From positions 475 through 64,474 of the forward strand of contig JBFFSI010000005.1 in NCBI GenBank assembly GCA_041572475.1: a stretch of DNA of 64,000 nucleotides, written 5' to 3'. The DNA comes from Woeseiaceae bacterium. Lineage in GTDB: Bacteria > Pseudomonadota > Gammaproteobacteria > Steroidobacterales > Woeseiaceae. The notes under the pieces were generated by a model. The model ran no database searches and was not told the DNA's origin. It saw only the letters and a list, made by a program, of their open reading frames with translations. The position numbers and the translations under genes were made by a program. Of the stretch, positions 42,175 through 51,129 are shown in pieces (position 1 is the stretch's first letter; the number at the start of each line of letters is the position of its first letter).

Positions 42175-43524
42175 TCAGGCGAGATTGTCGGCCACGAGTT
42201 CGAGCAGGCTCTCGATGTCCTTGTCCCACTTGAAGTGTTCTTTAGCGTCGGCGTAGCTCTGCCGGCAATTCGAGCACGTCGAGAGGATGGTCCTGGCACC
42301 GGTTGCCTCGACCTGGTCCATCTTCAGTTCGAAGACCTTGTACCTCAGCTTGTCGGCACGGTGAATGGTGATAACACCGCCGCCGCCGCCGCAACACCAG
42401 TTGAAGTCCCCGCTCGGGGCCATCTCCTCGAGATTCAGCCCGAGGGCCTCCATGACGACACGCGGAGCCTCTGTCGCGCCGCCGCGTCGGGCAACCTGGC
42501 AGGGATCGTGGAATGTCACGGTCTGGTCGACTTTCCTGACCCTCAGGCGACCCGATGCGATGGCGTCGGCCAGGAACTCGGAAATGTGTTGCACCTTGAA
42601 CGGTAATGGCTTGCCATACATGGCCGCGCCTTGCCAGCGCAACGCACCGTAGGCGTGACCGCATTCCGGCAGGACGACCAGCTTGGCACCGCAGTTGATT
42701 GCCGCATTGATCAGCTTCATCGTCGCTTCTTTTTGCCAGCCGGAGTTGCCGGCCATCATGCCGAAGTTGGTCGCCTCGTAGCCCTCGGTCCGGAACGTCC
42801 AGTTTTCGCCCAGGGTATTGAGAATCTTTGCCGTGGCCGCAATCGAGTGCGGGTATTTCATGATCTCGATCGACGACATGCACACCAGTATGTCTGCCTG
42901 CTCCTTGTCGACAGGGATGTCGACTTCGTGCTCGTCGGCCATCCACTCGACCCGGTCCTCGAAGACTTCGGCCGTTGCGCCCAGCGGGCTGCCTTCTTCC
43001 TTGGCGCGCATTGCCGTTTCGTGCAATTCGTCGGGAACCAGTCCCGCGTGGAACATGCCGTGACGCGCCTGGCCGACCAGGGTGGCGATATCGATGCCCA
43101 TCGGGCAGATGAGCGAGCAGCGTCCACACATCGTGCAGGAGTCGTAGATCAGCTCCTGCCACTCGCCGAGCTGTTCGACGGTCACCTCGCGCTTCAGGCC
43201 AAAGAGGCGGTAGAAGAACCCGAACGGGCTGGCCTCGCGTTTGTAGGCCTGTTTGAAGACCTCCAGCTTCCAGATGGGCGTGTACTTCGGGTCTCCGGTC
43301 TGCACATAGTAGTGGCAGGCTTCGGCGCACTGGCCGCAGTGAACGCAGGCCTCCATGTAGCTCGCCGTCGTGCGATTCATGTTCTTGGCGAAGTTCGCCA
43401 TCGCCCGGCGCAGTCGCTCGTTCTCGTCGATGTCCCCCTGCGTGTCGTGACGCGGGTGCGGGTCCTTGACAGTCAGTCTCGGTTGATCTTCATCCAGAGG
43501 GTATTTTTGTGTTACCTCGCTCAT
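42175..43524 (-). CDS. HdrD/DsrK-like FeS oxidoreductase (two 4Fe-4S motifs plus CCG domains)
   Basis: CVHCGQCAEACH, CTMCGRCSLICP, HDPCQVARRGG and NWCCGGGGG. Its stop is 2 nt from the convergent PLP-enzyme stop. Confidence 0.85.
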   Translation of the reverse strand: MSEVTQKYPLDEDQPRLTVKDPHPRHDTQGDIDENERLRRAMANFAKNMNRTTASYMEACVHCGQCAEACHYYVQTGDPKYTPIWKLEVFKQAYKREASPFGFFYRLFGLKREVTVEQLGEWQELIYDSCTMCGRCSLICPMGIDIATLVGQARHGMFHAGLVPDELHETAMRAKEEGSPLGATAEVFEDRVEWMADEHEVDIPVDKEQADILVCMSSIEIMKYPHSIAATAKILNTLGENWTFRTEGYEATNFGMMAGNSGWQKEATMKLINAAINCGAKLVVLPECGHAYGALRWQGAAMYGKPLPFKVQHISEFLADAIASGRLRVRKVDQTVTFHDPCQVARRGGATEAPRVVMEALGLNLEEMAPSGDFNWCCGGGGGVITIHRADKLRYKVFELKMDQVEATGARTILSTCSNCRQSYADAKEHFKWDKDIESLLELVADNLA

Positions 43525-44174
43525 ACCCTTGCTCCTTTACGCGTGAACGCATAACCGGTCGAATACCTTGTGCCGAAAACGATGATCGAGTGCATCAGCT
43601 TGCCGAACGGGAACCAGACCAGGAAGATTTCGAAGCTCAGGATGTGCAGGGCGAGCAGCATCTCGTAGCGCGCGCCCACATGTGCGACGGCCAGCAGTCC
43701 CGTGGCGACGGGCAGCGCTGTAACCAGCCACGAGAAGTAGTCGTCGAAATTCGAGATCAGCCGCAACACCGGGTGCTTCAGCCTGCGCCCGATGCCCGTC
43801 AACAACGTAGCCAGCGCCAGCGCAGCCGCGACATGGATGACCACGGCCGGCAGCGCCGGCCAGGAGAGGCCGGTAAAGCTCTCGATGAAGAGTATGTGCG
43901 GGGCGCTGCCAAAGATGACGACGGCGAGGCTGATGTGCATCGCGTAAGCCAGAACCGTGCCATTGAACGTGCGCGTGCGAAACGGCTCGTGATGCACAAA
44001 GCGCGAAAATATGGCGCGAAGGCCGCCGGCCCGGACAGCCTCCGAACGCGGCTCCGAGATGTCGACTTTCCGAACAGTGAGGAGAATATGCACGAGTCGC
44101 CAGGCGAGGCCTGCGACGAAGATGATGACGGCGATCTGCAGACCGGGACCGCGCACGAAGTCGAGTAGCTCCAT
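43521..44174 (-). CDS. NarI/DsrM-like membrane di-heme b-type cytochrome (quinone-interacting subunit)
   Basis: 217 aa with 5 predicted TM helices and conserved-looking His residues (VHILL, AMHISL, VAHVG, ALHILSFEIFLVWFPFGKLMH, a NarI-family tail). A 4-nt overlap with the downstream dsrK-like gene indicates translational coupling. Confidence 0.78.
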   Translation of the reverse strand: MELLDFVRGPGLQIAVIIFVAGLAWRLVHILLTVRKVDISEPRSEAVRAGGLRAIFSRFVHHEPFRTRTFNGTVLAYAMHISLAVVIFGSAPHILFIESFTGLSWPALPAVVIHVAAALALATLLTGIGRRLKHPVLRLISNFDDYFSWLVTALPVATGLLAVAHVGARYEMLLALHILSFEIFLVWFPFGKLMHSIIVFGTRYSTGYAFTRKGARV

Positions 44175-44408
44175 AGCCGTTTCCCCAGGTTTCCTTTTGG
44201 ATTCAGCCCCTTGGCGGGCATCCCTGACGTTCGCCGTCAGTATCCCTGTTCCGACGGCGATCTTGCATAAGGATTACTGCCTACCCGGCTTCCACCCAGG
44301 CCGGGCCATCGACCGGTTTTCGGCACGCTCGCCGTCTAAGGGTGTGCAAGGGACAGGGGCAGCCCCCAACGCTGCCGTGCCAGTTAAATCCAAAATGGGA
44401 GGAACACC

Positions 44409-45272
44409 GTGAGAATTTCCACGAGACTATCAATAACGGTATTGAGCGCTGCCGTCGCCGCCGTGTGCGGTACCGCGACCGCGACCGAACCCTGCGACGA
44501 TTTCGGCGAGTGCAAGGTACTGGTCGAAATCAATTCGACCGATGGTGACATCGGCTTTCATTTCCTCGGCGACGCCGACGATCTCCGTTCGATGCGGCTG
44601 GACGATCCGAATGGCGCCAAGATTTTCGAATACGGCGTGTCCAGCGCAGGCCGCGACCAGTTGTGGACGGAGAGTTTCGGCGAGAGCGCGGAGCCGCTCT
44701 GCTGGCCCAATCCCGATGAGGACCCGGAGGACTGGGAAGATATCGTGACCCTTAGAGAATTCTACGAGCGCTGGGAGGCGGGCACTTATGTCTTCACTGG
44801 TAAAGGTGAGGGCGGCGAGATGCTCTACGGCGAGACGGAACTGAGTTTCAACCTGCCGGCCGCGCCGCAGAACGTGAACTTTAATGGTGCCTCGATCACG
44901 TGGACCGACGGCGATGACCTCGGCAACTGCGCACCGATGTCTGACCCAGCTGAGGGGGTCGAGACCATTTACGACTTAGACGACATCGTTGACGTCGTAG
45001 ACGCGGATGTCTTCGAGATCGTGATGGAGCCGGATGTTGAGGATGGCGATGCCACAGGGGCACTCGTCTACAGCATCCGGGTTCCCGCCGGTACCTACGC
45101 GGTCGAAGTGCCAGCGCTCTACCTGGCCGCGCTTCCTGAAAATACGCCCGTGAAGATCGAAGTCGGTGCGATCTCCGCAGACGACAACGCCACGTTCACC
45201 GAGGTCGACGGATTCTGCGTCAATCCTTACGTTGTACTTGGCGAAGACGAAGAGTGCGGGGAAGAGGACTAG
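44409..45272 (+). CDS. Secreted highly acidic protein of unknown function
   Basis: GGGAGGA SD precedes GTG 44409. Signal peptide MRISTRLSITVLSAAVAAVCGTATA. Asp/Glu-rich with scattered Cys and an ...EDEECGEED C-terminus. Confidence 0.55.
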   Translation: MRISTRLSITVLSAAVAAVCGTATATEPCDDFGECKVLVEINSTDGDIGFHFLGDADDLRSMRLDDPNGAKIFEYGVSSAGRDQLWTESFGESAEPLCWPNPDEDPEDWEDIVTLREFYERWEAGTYVFTGKGEGGEMLYGETELSFNLPAAPQNVNFNGASITWTDGDDLGNCAPMSDPAEGVETIYDLDDIVDVVDADVFEIVMEPDVEDGDATGALVYSIRVPAGTYAVEVPALYLAALPENTPVKIEVGAISADDNATFTEVDGFCVNPYVVLGEDEECGEED

Positions 45273-45301
45273 GCCGGCCGAACTGCGAGACGGCGCCCGT
45301 A

Positions 45302-47500
45302 TCACTCCCCTGCTGATACGGTCGCCGCCTTGCGCTGCCGGCGGTAGCCGTGCAGCAGCGGTTCGGTGTAGCCGCTCGGCTGGGTCGTGCCCTCGAACAC
45401 CAGGCTGCAGGCGGCCTGGAAGGCGATGCTGGCATCGGGGTCGGTGCTCATCGGCCGGTAGGCGGGGTCGCCCGCGTTCTGTTCATCGACGACCTTCGCC
45501 ATGCGCAGCATTGTCTCGCGCACCTGCTCCTCGCTACACACGCCATGCAGCAGCCAGTTCGCAATGTGCTGGCTCGAGATGCGCAGGGTGGCCCGGTCTT
45601 CCATCAGGTCGACGCCATTGATGTCGGGCACCTTGGAACAGCCCACGCCCTGGTCGATCCAGCGAACCACGTAGCCGAGGATGCCCTGGGCATTGTTGTC
45701 CAGTTCGGCCTGGATCTCCCCGGCACTGAGCGAGGCGGGGTCACCCAGCGGGATCGTGAGTATATCGTCGAGACTCGCGGGCTCGCGCGTGGCGAGCTCT
45801 GTCTGCCGGGCCGCCACGTCGACGTCGTGGTAATGCATCGCGTGCAGGGTTGCCGCGGTCGGTGACGGGACCCACGCACAATTGGCGCCTGCCTCCGGGT
45901 GGCCTCGCTTGGTGTCGACCATCTCCTTCATCTCGTCGGTCTTCGGGAACATGCCCTTGCCGATCTGGGCCTTGCCGGGCAGACCGCAGCGAATGCCGAC
46001 GTCGACGTTCCAGTCCTCGTACGCGAGCATCCAGGGCTGCTGCTTGATGATTTCCTTGCGGAGGAACGGTCCGGCGCGCATCGATGTGTGGATCTCGTCG
46101 CCCGTGCGGTCGAGGAAGCCGGTGTTGATGAACACGAGGCGGTGTTGCACCGCCCGGATGCACTCGTCGAGATTGACGGTGGTGCGGCGTTCCTCGTCCA
46201 TGACGCCGACCTTGATCGTGTAGCGCGGCAGGTCGTAGAGGTCTTCAACCATCGTCATGAGCCGGTCCGTCAGCGCCGCTTCCTCCGGCCCGTGCATTTT
46301 CGGCTTGACGATATAGATGCTGCCTGTGCGACTGTTCGCCAGCGGGGCCTTACCGTGGATGTCGTTGAGCGCGCAGGCGACGGTCATGATCGCATCGAGG
46401 ATGCCCTCGAACACTTCGTTGCCGGCTGCGTCCAGTATGGCGTCCGTGCGCATCAGGTGCCCGACGTTGCGGACCAGCATCAGGCTGCGGCCCGGCAGCG
46501 ACAGGGCCTCGCCGGTTACCGACCTGTATTCCCTGTCCGGGTTCATGCGCCGTGAAAGGCGCTTGCCGCCCTTGTCGAATTGGGCCTCGAGCGTGCCCTG
46601 CATCAGCCCGAACCAGTTGCGGTAGACGTGGACCTTGTCTTCGGCATCCACGGCGGCGACCGAGTCCTCGCAGTCCTCGATCGTCGTCACCGCGGACTCG
46701 AGTACGACGTCACTGACGTTTGCGGCTGCGTCGCGGCCGACCGGGTGCGACGGGTCGACCTGGAGCTCGATGTGCAGGCCGTGGTTGCGAAACAGCAGCC
46801 GGTACGCGGATCCGGACCCCGCGTAGCCGACGAACTGGCCGGGATCGGCGAGGCCGGTCTCCGTGGCGTCGTCGAGCCGTACACCGAGTAAAGCGTGATC
46901 CCCCGAGACGTCGAGCCGATACTCCCCGACCTTCGCGTGCGAACCCTCGGCGAGCGGTATCGCGCGATCGAGAAACTCGGCCGCGTAAGCGATGACGGCT
47001 CGCCCGCGCTCGGGGTTGTAGGCGCCGGCCGGCGCCGTATCGCCCGAGCGGGCGATCACGTCGGTGCCGTAAAGGGCGTCGTAGAGGCTGCCCCAGCGAG
47101 CATTGGCCGCGTTGAGGGCGAAGCGGGCGATGCTGACCGGCACGACGAGTTGCGGGCCTGCGATGGCCGCGATCTCGGCATCGACTTCGTCCGTTTCGAT
47201 CCGGAACGGCCCGCCGCGCTCGACCAGGTAACCGATGTCAACGAGAAATTGCCGGTAATGGGCCGGGTCCAGCCGGTCCCCGGGATACGCGGCGTGGTAG
47301 TCGTCGATCTTCGCCTGCATCGCGTCGCGCTCGGCCAGCAGGCGTTCGTTGACCGGCGTCAGCGCATCGATGATCGCCTCGACGCCCGCCCAGAAGGCGT
47401 GTTCGTTGAGACCGACTTCGGGCAACAGCTCGGTCGAGACAAACGCGTGGAATAAGGGATGGACCGACAGCTTGCCGATCGTGATGTGCTGCTTACTCAT
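45302..47500 (-). CDS. glcB: Malate synthase G
   Basis: About 732 aa from ATG 47500 (MSKQHITIGKLSVHP...), with family-typical length and blocks throughout (e.g. ...GPFLRKEIIKQQPWMLAYEDWNVDVG...). Confidence 0.9.
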   Translation of the reverse strand: MSKQHITIGKLSVHPLFHAFVSTELLPEVGLNEHAFWAGVEAIIDALTPVNERLLAERDAMQAKIDDYHAAYPGDRLDPAHYRQFLVDIGYLVERGGPFRIETDEVDAEIAAIAGPQLVVPVSIARFALNAANARWGSLYDALYGTDVIARSGDTAPAGAYNPERGRAVIAYAAEFLDRAIPLAEGSHAKVGEYRLDVSGDHALLGVRLDDATETGLADPGQFVGYAGSGSAYRLLFRNHGLHIELQVDPSHPVGRDAAANVSDVVLESAVTTIEDCEDSVAAVDAEDKVHVYRNWFGLMQGTLEAQFDKGGKRLSRRMNPDREYRSVTGEALSLPGRSLMLVRNVGHLMRTDAILDAAGNEVFEGILDAIMTVACALNDIHGKAPLANSRTGSIYIVKPKMHGPEEAALTDRLMTMVEDLYDLPRYTIKVGVMDEERRTTVNLDECIRAVQHRLVFINTGFLDRTGDEIHTSMRAGPFLRKEIIKQQPWMLAYEDWNVDVGIRCGLPGKAQIGKGMFPKTDEMKEMVDTKRGHPEAGANCAWVPSPTAATLHAMHYHDVDVAARQTELATREPASLDDILTIPLGDPASLSAGEIQAELDNNAQGILGYVVRWIDQGVGCSKVPDINGVDLMEDRATLRISSQHIANWLLHGVCSEEQVRETMLRMAKVVDEQNAGDPAYRPMSTDPDASIAFQAACSLVFEGTTQPSGYTEPLLHGYRRQRKAATVSAGE

Positions 47501-47586
47501 ATGCCTTGGACTTGTATCATCAGCGCGGCGGCTGCGCCATACTGAAAAATATCTATACCCCAGATTCGCAACCAGGATCCTTCGCA

Positions 47587-48474
47587 ATGACGACATCGGC
47601 AGCTTTCATTGGGCTAGGCGTGATGGGCTACCCCATGGCCGGCCACCTCGCAAGGGCCGGCTATTCCGTGACGGTCTTCAACCGGACCCGGGCCAGGGCC
47701 GATGCGTGGGTCGACGAGTACGGCGGCAGTGTCGCCGATACGCCGCGGGCTGCGGCGGAGGCCGCCGAGTTCGTGTTCACCTGCGTTGGCAATGACGACG
47801 ATGTGCGCGCCGTGACGCTGGGTCATCACGGGGTGTTTGCGGGTCTCGCGGAAGGCGCCGTGCTCGTCGATCACACAACGGCGTCTGCGGCGCTCGCGCG
47901 AGAGCTGCACTCGGCCGCGGCCAACGCTGGTGCAGGCTTCCTCGACGCGCCGGTGTCCGGCGGGCAGGCGGGTGCGGAAAACGGCGCGCTGACCTGCATG
48001 GTGGGCGGCGACAGCGGGGCCTTCGAAAAGGCGAGGCCGCTCATCGAGAGCTACAGCCGCATGCTGAAACTACTCGGGCCGCCAGGCTACGGCCAGCTGG
48101 CGAAGATGGTCAACCAGATCTGCATCGCGGGGACCGTGCAAGGGCTCGCCGAGGCCCTGCACTTCGCGTTCGCGACCGACCAGGACGCGGCCGCCGTGCT
48201 GGAGGTCATCTCGAAAGGCGCGGCGCAATCCTGGCAGATGGACAACCGGGGCGAGACCATGCTCGCGGGCGAGTTCGATTTCGGCTTCGCCGTCGACTGG
48301 ATGCGCAAGGACCTCGCCATGGTTCTCGATGCGGCGAGAGAGGCGGGCGCGCATCTGCCGGTGACGGCGCTAGTCGACCAGTTCTATGGTGAGGTCCAGA
48401 GTCTCGGCGGATCGCGCTGGGATACCTCGAGCCTGCTCGTGCCGCTCGAGCGCTCGAGGAACGCCGGCGGCTAG
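47587..48474 (+). CDS. NAD(P)-dependent 3-hydroxyisobutyrate / tartronate-semialdehyde (2-hydroxy-3-oxopropionate) reductase family dehydrogenase
   Basis: AAFIGLGVMGYPMAGHLARAGYSVTVFNRT Rossmann fold and DAPVSGG block. Divergent from glcB by 86 nt. Confidence 0.85.
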   Translation: MTTSAAFIGLGVMGYPMAGHLARAGYSVTVFNRTRARADAWVDEYGGSVADTPRAAAEAAEFVFTCVGNDDDVRAVTLGHHGVFAGLAEGAVLVDHTTASAALARELHSAAANAGAGFLDAPVSGGQAGAENGALTCMVGGDSGAFEKARPLIESYSRMLKLLGPPGYGQLAKMVNQICIAGTVQGLAEALHFAFATDQDAAAVLEVISKGAAQSWQMDNRGETMLAGEFDFGFAVDWMRKDLAMVLDAAREAGAHLPVTALVDQFYGEVQSLGGSRWDTSSLLVPLERSRNAGG

Positions 48475-48992
48475 TTGCGCCGGTAGATGAGCTTCTCCTC
48501 GCGCAGGCCGTCGGCAAAACTGACCGCGAGGTAGGCGTGCACCGTCGAGTCGTCGATGCGATAAAAGCTGAGACTCGAGAAGTGTATGGCGTCCGGCTCT
48601 GCGCGGATGAAGCGAAACTGTCCGTACTCGTCCTTTTCCTCCCAGGAGGTGAAATCCGGATCGAAATGGCGGACCTTCATCGTGATGCTGCCTGCTTCCT
48701 CGACGAGCAACAGCAGCTCGTAGAAGCCGATGGCGTCGCCATCGAGCAGCTTGAACATGCCGATCATCGAGCCGGCAGAAGGCGGATTCCAGACCTCTTC
48801 GAAGGTGCTGCCAAAGCCCTCGCCTTTCCAGGACCCCACCAGCCATGCAACGTCATCGAGGGTTGCGGCAGCGCGATGGTCCGGATCGTCGAGGATGAAG
48901 GTGTGCTCGGTGTAGCGGGACTGGGCCAGGGACGTCGACGACAGCATCATGACGGCCGCGGCGAGGGCGAATACCGGTATTGAATTGTTCAA
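48471..48992 (-). CDS. Secreted protein of unknown function (lipocalin-like/DUF)
   Basis: GAAGGAG SD lies 7 nt before TTG 48992. This gives the signal peptide (M)NNSIPVFALAAAVMMLSSTSLAQS. The longer ATG-initiated ORF (to 49175) lacks an SD and overlaps the divergent tauE-like gene. Confidence 0.55.
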   Translation of the reverse strand: MNNSIPVFALAAAVMMLSSTSLAQSRYTEHTFILDDPDHRAAATLDDVAWLVGSWKGEGFGSTFEEVWNPPSAGSMIGMFKLLDGDAIGFYELLLLVEEAGSITMKVRHFDPDFTSWEEKDEYGQFRFIRAEPDAIHFSSLSFYRIDDSTVHAYLAVSFADGLREEKLIYRRN

Positions 48993-49086
48993 AGTGCGGC
49001 TCCTTCTGTGTGCATGCGACGGCACCCCGAGGAAGCGGGCGCGCCTCAGCAGGGCCGCGGCATTCGGCAGATGATACAGTCTGCCC

Positions 49087-49899
49087 ATGGACCTGCCGAG
49101 TTTGATTGTCGCCATGCTCGTCACCGGGGCGGCCGCGGGCGTCCTCGCCGGCCTGCTCGGTGTCGGCGGGGGCATCGTGATCGTGCCGGCGCTCGAGGCG
49201 GCCCTCGGCTACCTCGGCGTCGACCTCACCGTGCGCATGCACATCGCGGTAGCGACGTCGCTGGCGACGATCATCCCGACCTCGATATCCTCCGCCGCGG
49301 CGCACTACCGCAAGTCCTCGATCGATTTCCAGGTCGTCCGCTTCTGGTGGCCGTTCATCCTCGCCGGCGCCATCGCCGGCACGATCATCGCCTCCCAGGT
49401 ATCGGGCCGCGTGCTCGCGGGCGTGTTTGCCGTGGTCGCGCTGGCTGCGGCTGTGAACATGATGCGGCCGTCGCAGGCAAAGGTGATCTGGGGCGAGGTG
49501 CCGCGCGGGCCGGGCGGGGCGCTGATCCCGACAGGCATCGGTGCGATTTCGACCCTGATGGGCATCGGCGGCGGCACGATGAGCGTGCCTGCCATGACGC
49601 TGATGAGCAAGCCGGTGCATCTCGCTGTGGGCACGTCGGCCCTGCTCGGGCTGGTTATCGCCTTGCCGGCAACCGCAGGCTACGTGCTCGCGGGGTGGGG
49701 CAACGACCTGATGCCGGCGTGGAGCCTCGGTTATGTGAGCCTCGTCGGGTTCCTGCTCGTCACGCCGGCCACGGTGCTGTTCGCGCCCGTCGGCGCCCGG
49801 ATCGCCCATGCGCTGTCGCGCCGCTGGTTGAGTTTCCTGTTCGGTGCGTTTCTTTTCGTCGTGTCCGTGCGCATGGGTCTGCGTGCCTTCGCCGGATAG
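49087..49899 (+). CDS. TauE/SafE-family anion (sulfite/organosulfonate) exporter, copy 2
   Basis: 270 aa with about 8 TM helices. LLGVGGGIVIVP and LMGIGGGTMSVP duplicated motifs. Confidence 0.78.
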   Translation: MDLPSLIVAMLVTGAAAGVLAGLLGVGGGIVIVPALEAALGYLGVDLTVRMHIAVATSLATIIPTSISSAAAHYRKSSIDFQVVRFWWPFILAGAIAGTIIASQVSGRVLAGVFAVVALAAAVNMMRPSQAKVIWGEVPRGPGGALIPTGIGAISTLMGIGGGTMSVPAMTLMSKPVHLAVGTSALLGLVIALPATAGYVLAGWGNDLMPAWSLGYVSLVGFLLVTPATVLFAPVGARIAHALSRRWLSFLFGAFLFVVSVRMGLRAFAG

Positions 49900-49974
49900 C
49901 GAGCGCCGGCGAGTCACGGCGCGACTCGCTGGAGTAGAATAAGGGCCGGCAGTGACTGCACGAGGAACGACGCC

Positions 49975-51129
49975 ATGCGCCTGAAGAACTGCTATCGCAC
50001 GCGGGACTTTCGCCAGCTGGCCAAGCAGCGACTGCCCGCGCCGATCTTTCACTATATCGACGGCGGCGCCGACGACGAAGTGACGCTGGCCCGCAATACC
50101 GATGCCTTCGAGACGGTAGACCTCGTGCCCAACGTCCTGGCGGGCATCGAGGATGTCGACCTGTCGGTCGAGGTGCTCGGCCAACGCCTGGACATTCCGC
50201 TGTTCATGGCGCCGACGGCCATGCAGCGCCTGTTCCACGACGACGGCGAGTTTGCGCTCGCACGGGCGGCCGAGAAATACGGCACGATGTTCGGCGTGTC
50301 CACGATCGGCACGCGCAGCATCGAGGAAATCGGCGCGTTTACGAGCGCACCCAAGCTGTTCCAGATCTATATCCATCACGACCCGGCGCTCACGTCGAAC
50401 CTCATCACTCGCTGCAGGGAGGCGGGATTCGGCGCGCTGGCGCTGACCGTCGACACGATCGTGGCGGGCAACCGCGAGCGCGACTACCTGACCGGTTTCA
50501 CGACGCCGCCGAAGCTGACGCCGCGAAGCCTCATGAGCTTCGCCACGCACTGGCGCTGGGCGTTCGACTACCTGCTCAAGGAGCCGTTCGACCTGCCCAA
50601 CATCAAGGGCTTCGTCGGCACCGGGGGCGACGTCAAGCTGTCGGTCGTCGACTACATCAACACGCAGATGAAGGCCTCGATCAGCTGGGACGAAGCGGCG
50701 GCGATGATCGAGGAGTGGGGCGGCCCGTTCGCGATCAAGGGCGTGATGTCGGTCGACGATGCTCGGCGCTCAGTGGAGGTGGGCGCAAGCGCGATCATGA
50801 TTTCCAACCACGGCGGTCGGCAGCTCGACGGCTCGCGCTCGCCGTTCGACCAGCTGCAGGCCATCCTCGACGCGGTCGGCGGCGAGATCGAGGTGATCCT
50901 CGACGGCGGGATTCGCCGCGGGACCCATGTCCTCAAGGCGATGGCAATGGGTGCGACGGCCTGCTCTGGCGGGCGCATGTACCTCTACGCCCTGGCCGGA
51001 GCCGGCACCGCGGGCGTCGATCGCGCGCTCGGCCTGCTTCGCGACGAGATCGAACGCGACATGAAGCTGATGGGCTGCAAGTCGATCGCGGAACTCAAAC
51101 CCTCGATGCTTGCGCCCAGACTCGCCTGA
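49975..51129 (+). CDS. FMN-dependent alpha-hydroxy-acid dehydrogenase/oxidase (LldD / glycolate-oxidase family)
   Basis: LPAPIFHYIDGGADDE..., AIKGVMSVDDA, ISNHGGRQLDG, DGGIRRGTHVLKA. Confidence 0.9.
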   Translation: MRLKNCYRTRDFRQLAKQRLPAPIFHYIDGGADDEVTLARNTDAFETVDLVPNVLAGIEDVDLSVEVLGQRLDIPLFMAPTAMQRLFHDDGEFALARAAEKYGTMFGVSTIGTRSIEEIGAFTSAPKLFQIYIHHDPALTSNLITRCREAGFGALALTVDTIVAGNRERDYLTGFTTPPKLTPRSLMSFATHWRWAFDYLLKEPFDLPNIKGFVGTGGDVKLSVVDYINTQMKASISWDEAAAMIEEWGGPFAIKGVMSVDDARRSVEVGASAIMISNHGGRQLDGSRSPFDQLQAILDAVGGEIEVILDGGIRRGTHVLKAMAMGATACSGGRMYLYALAGAGTAGVDRALGLLRDEIERDMKLMGCKSIAELKPSMLAPRLA

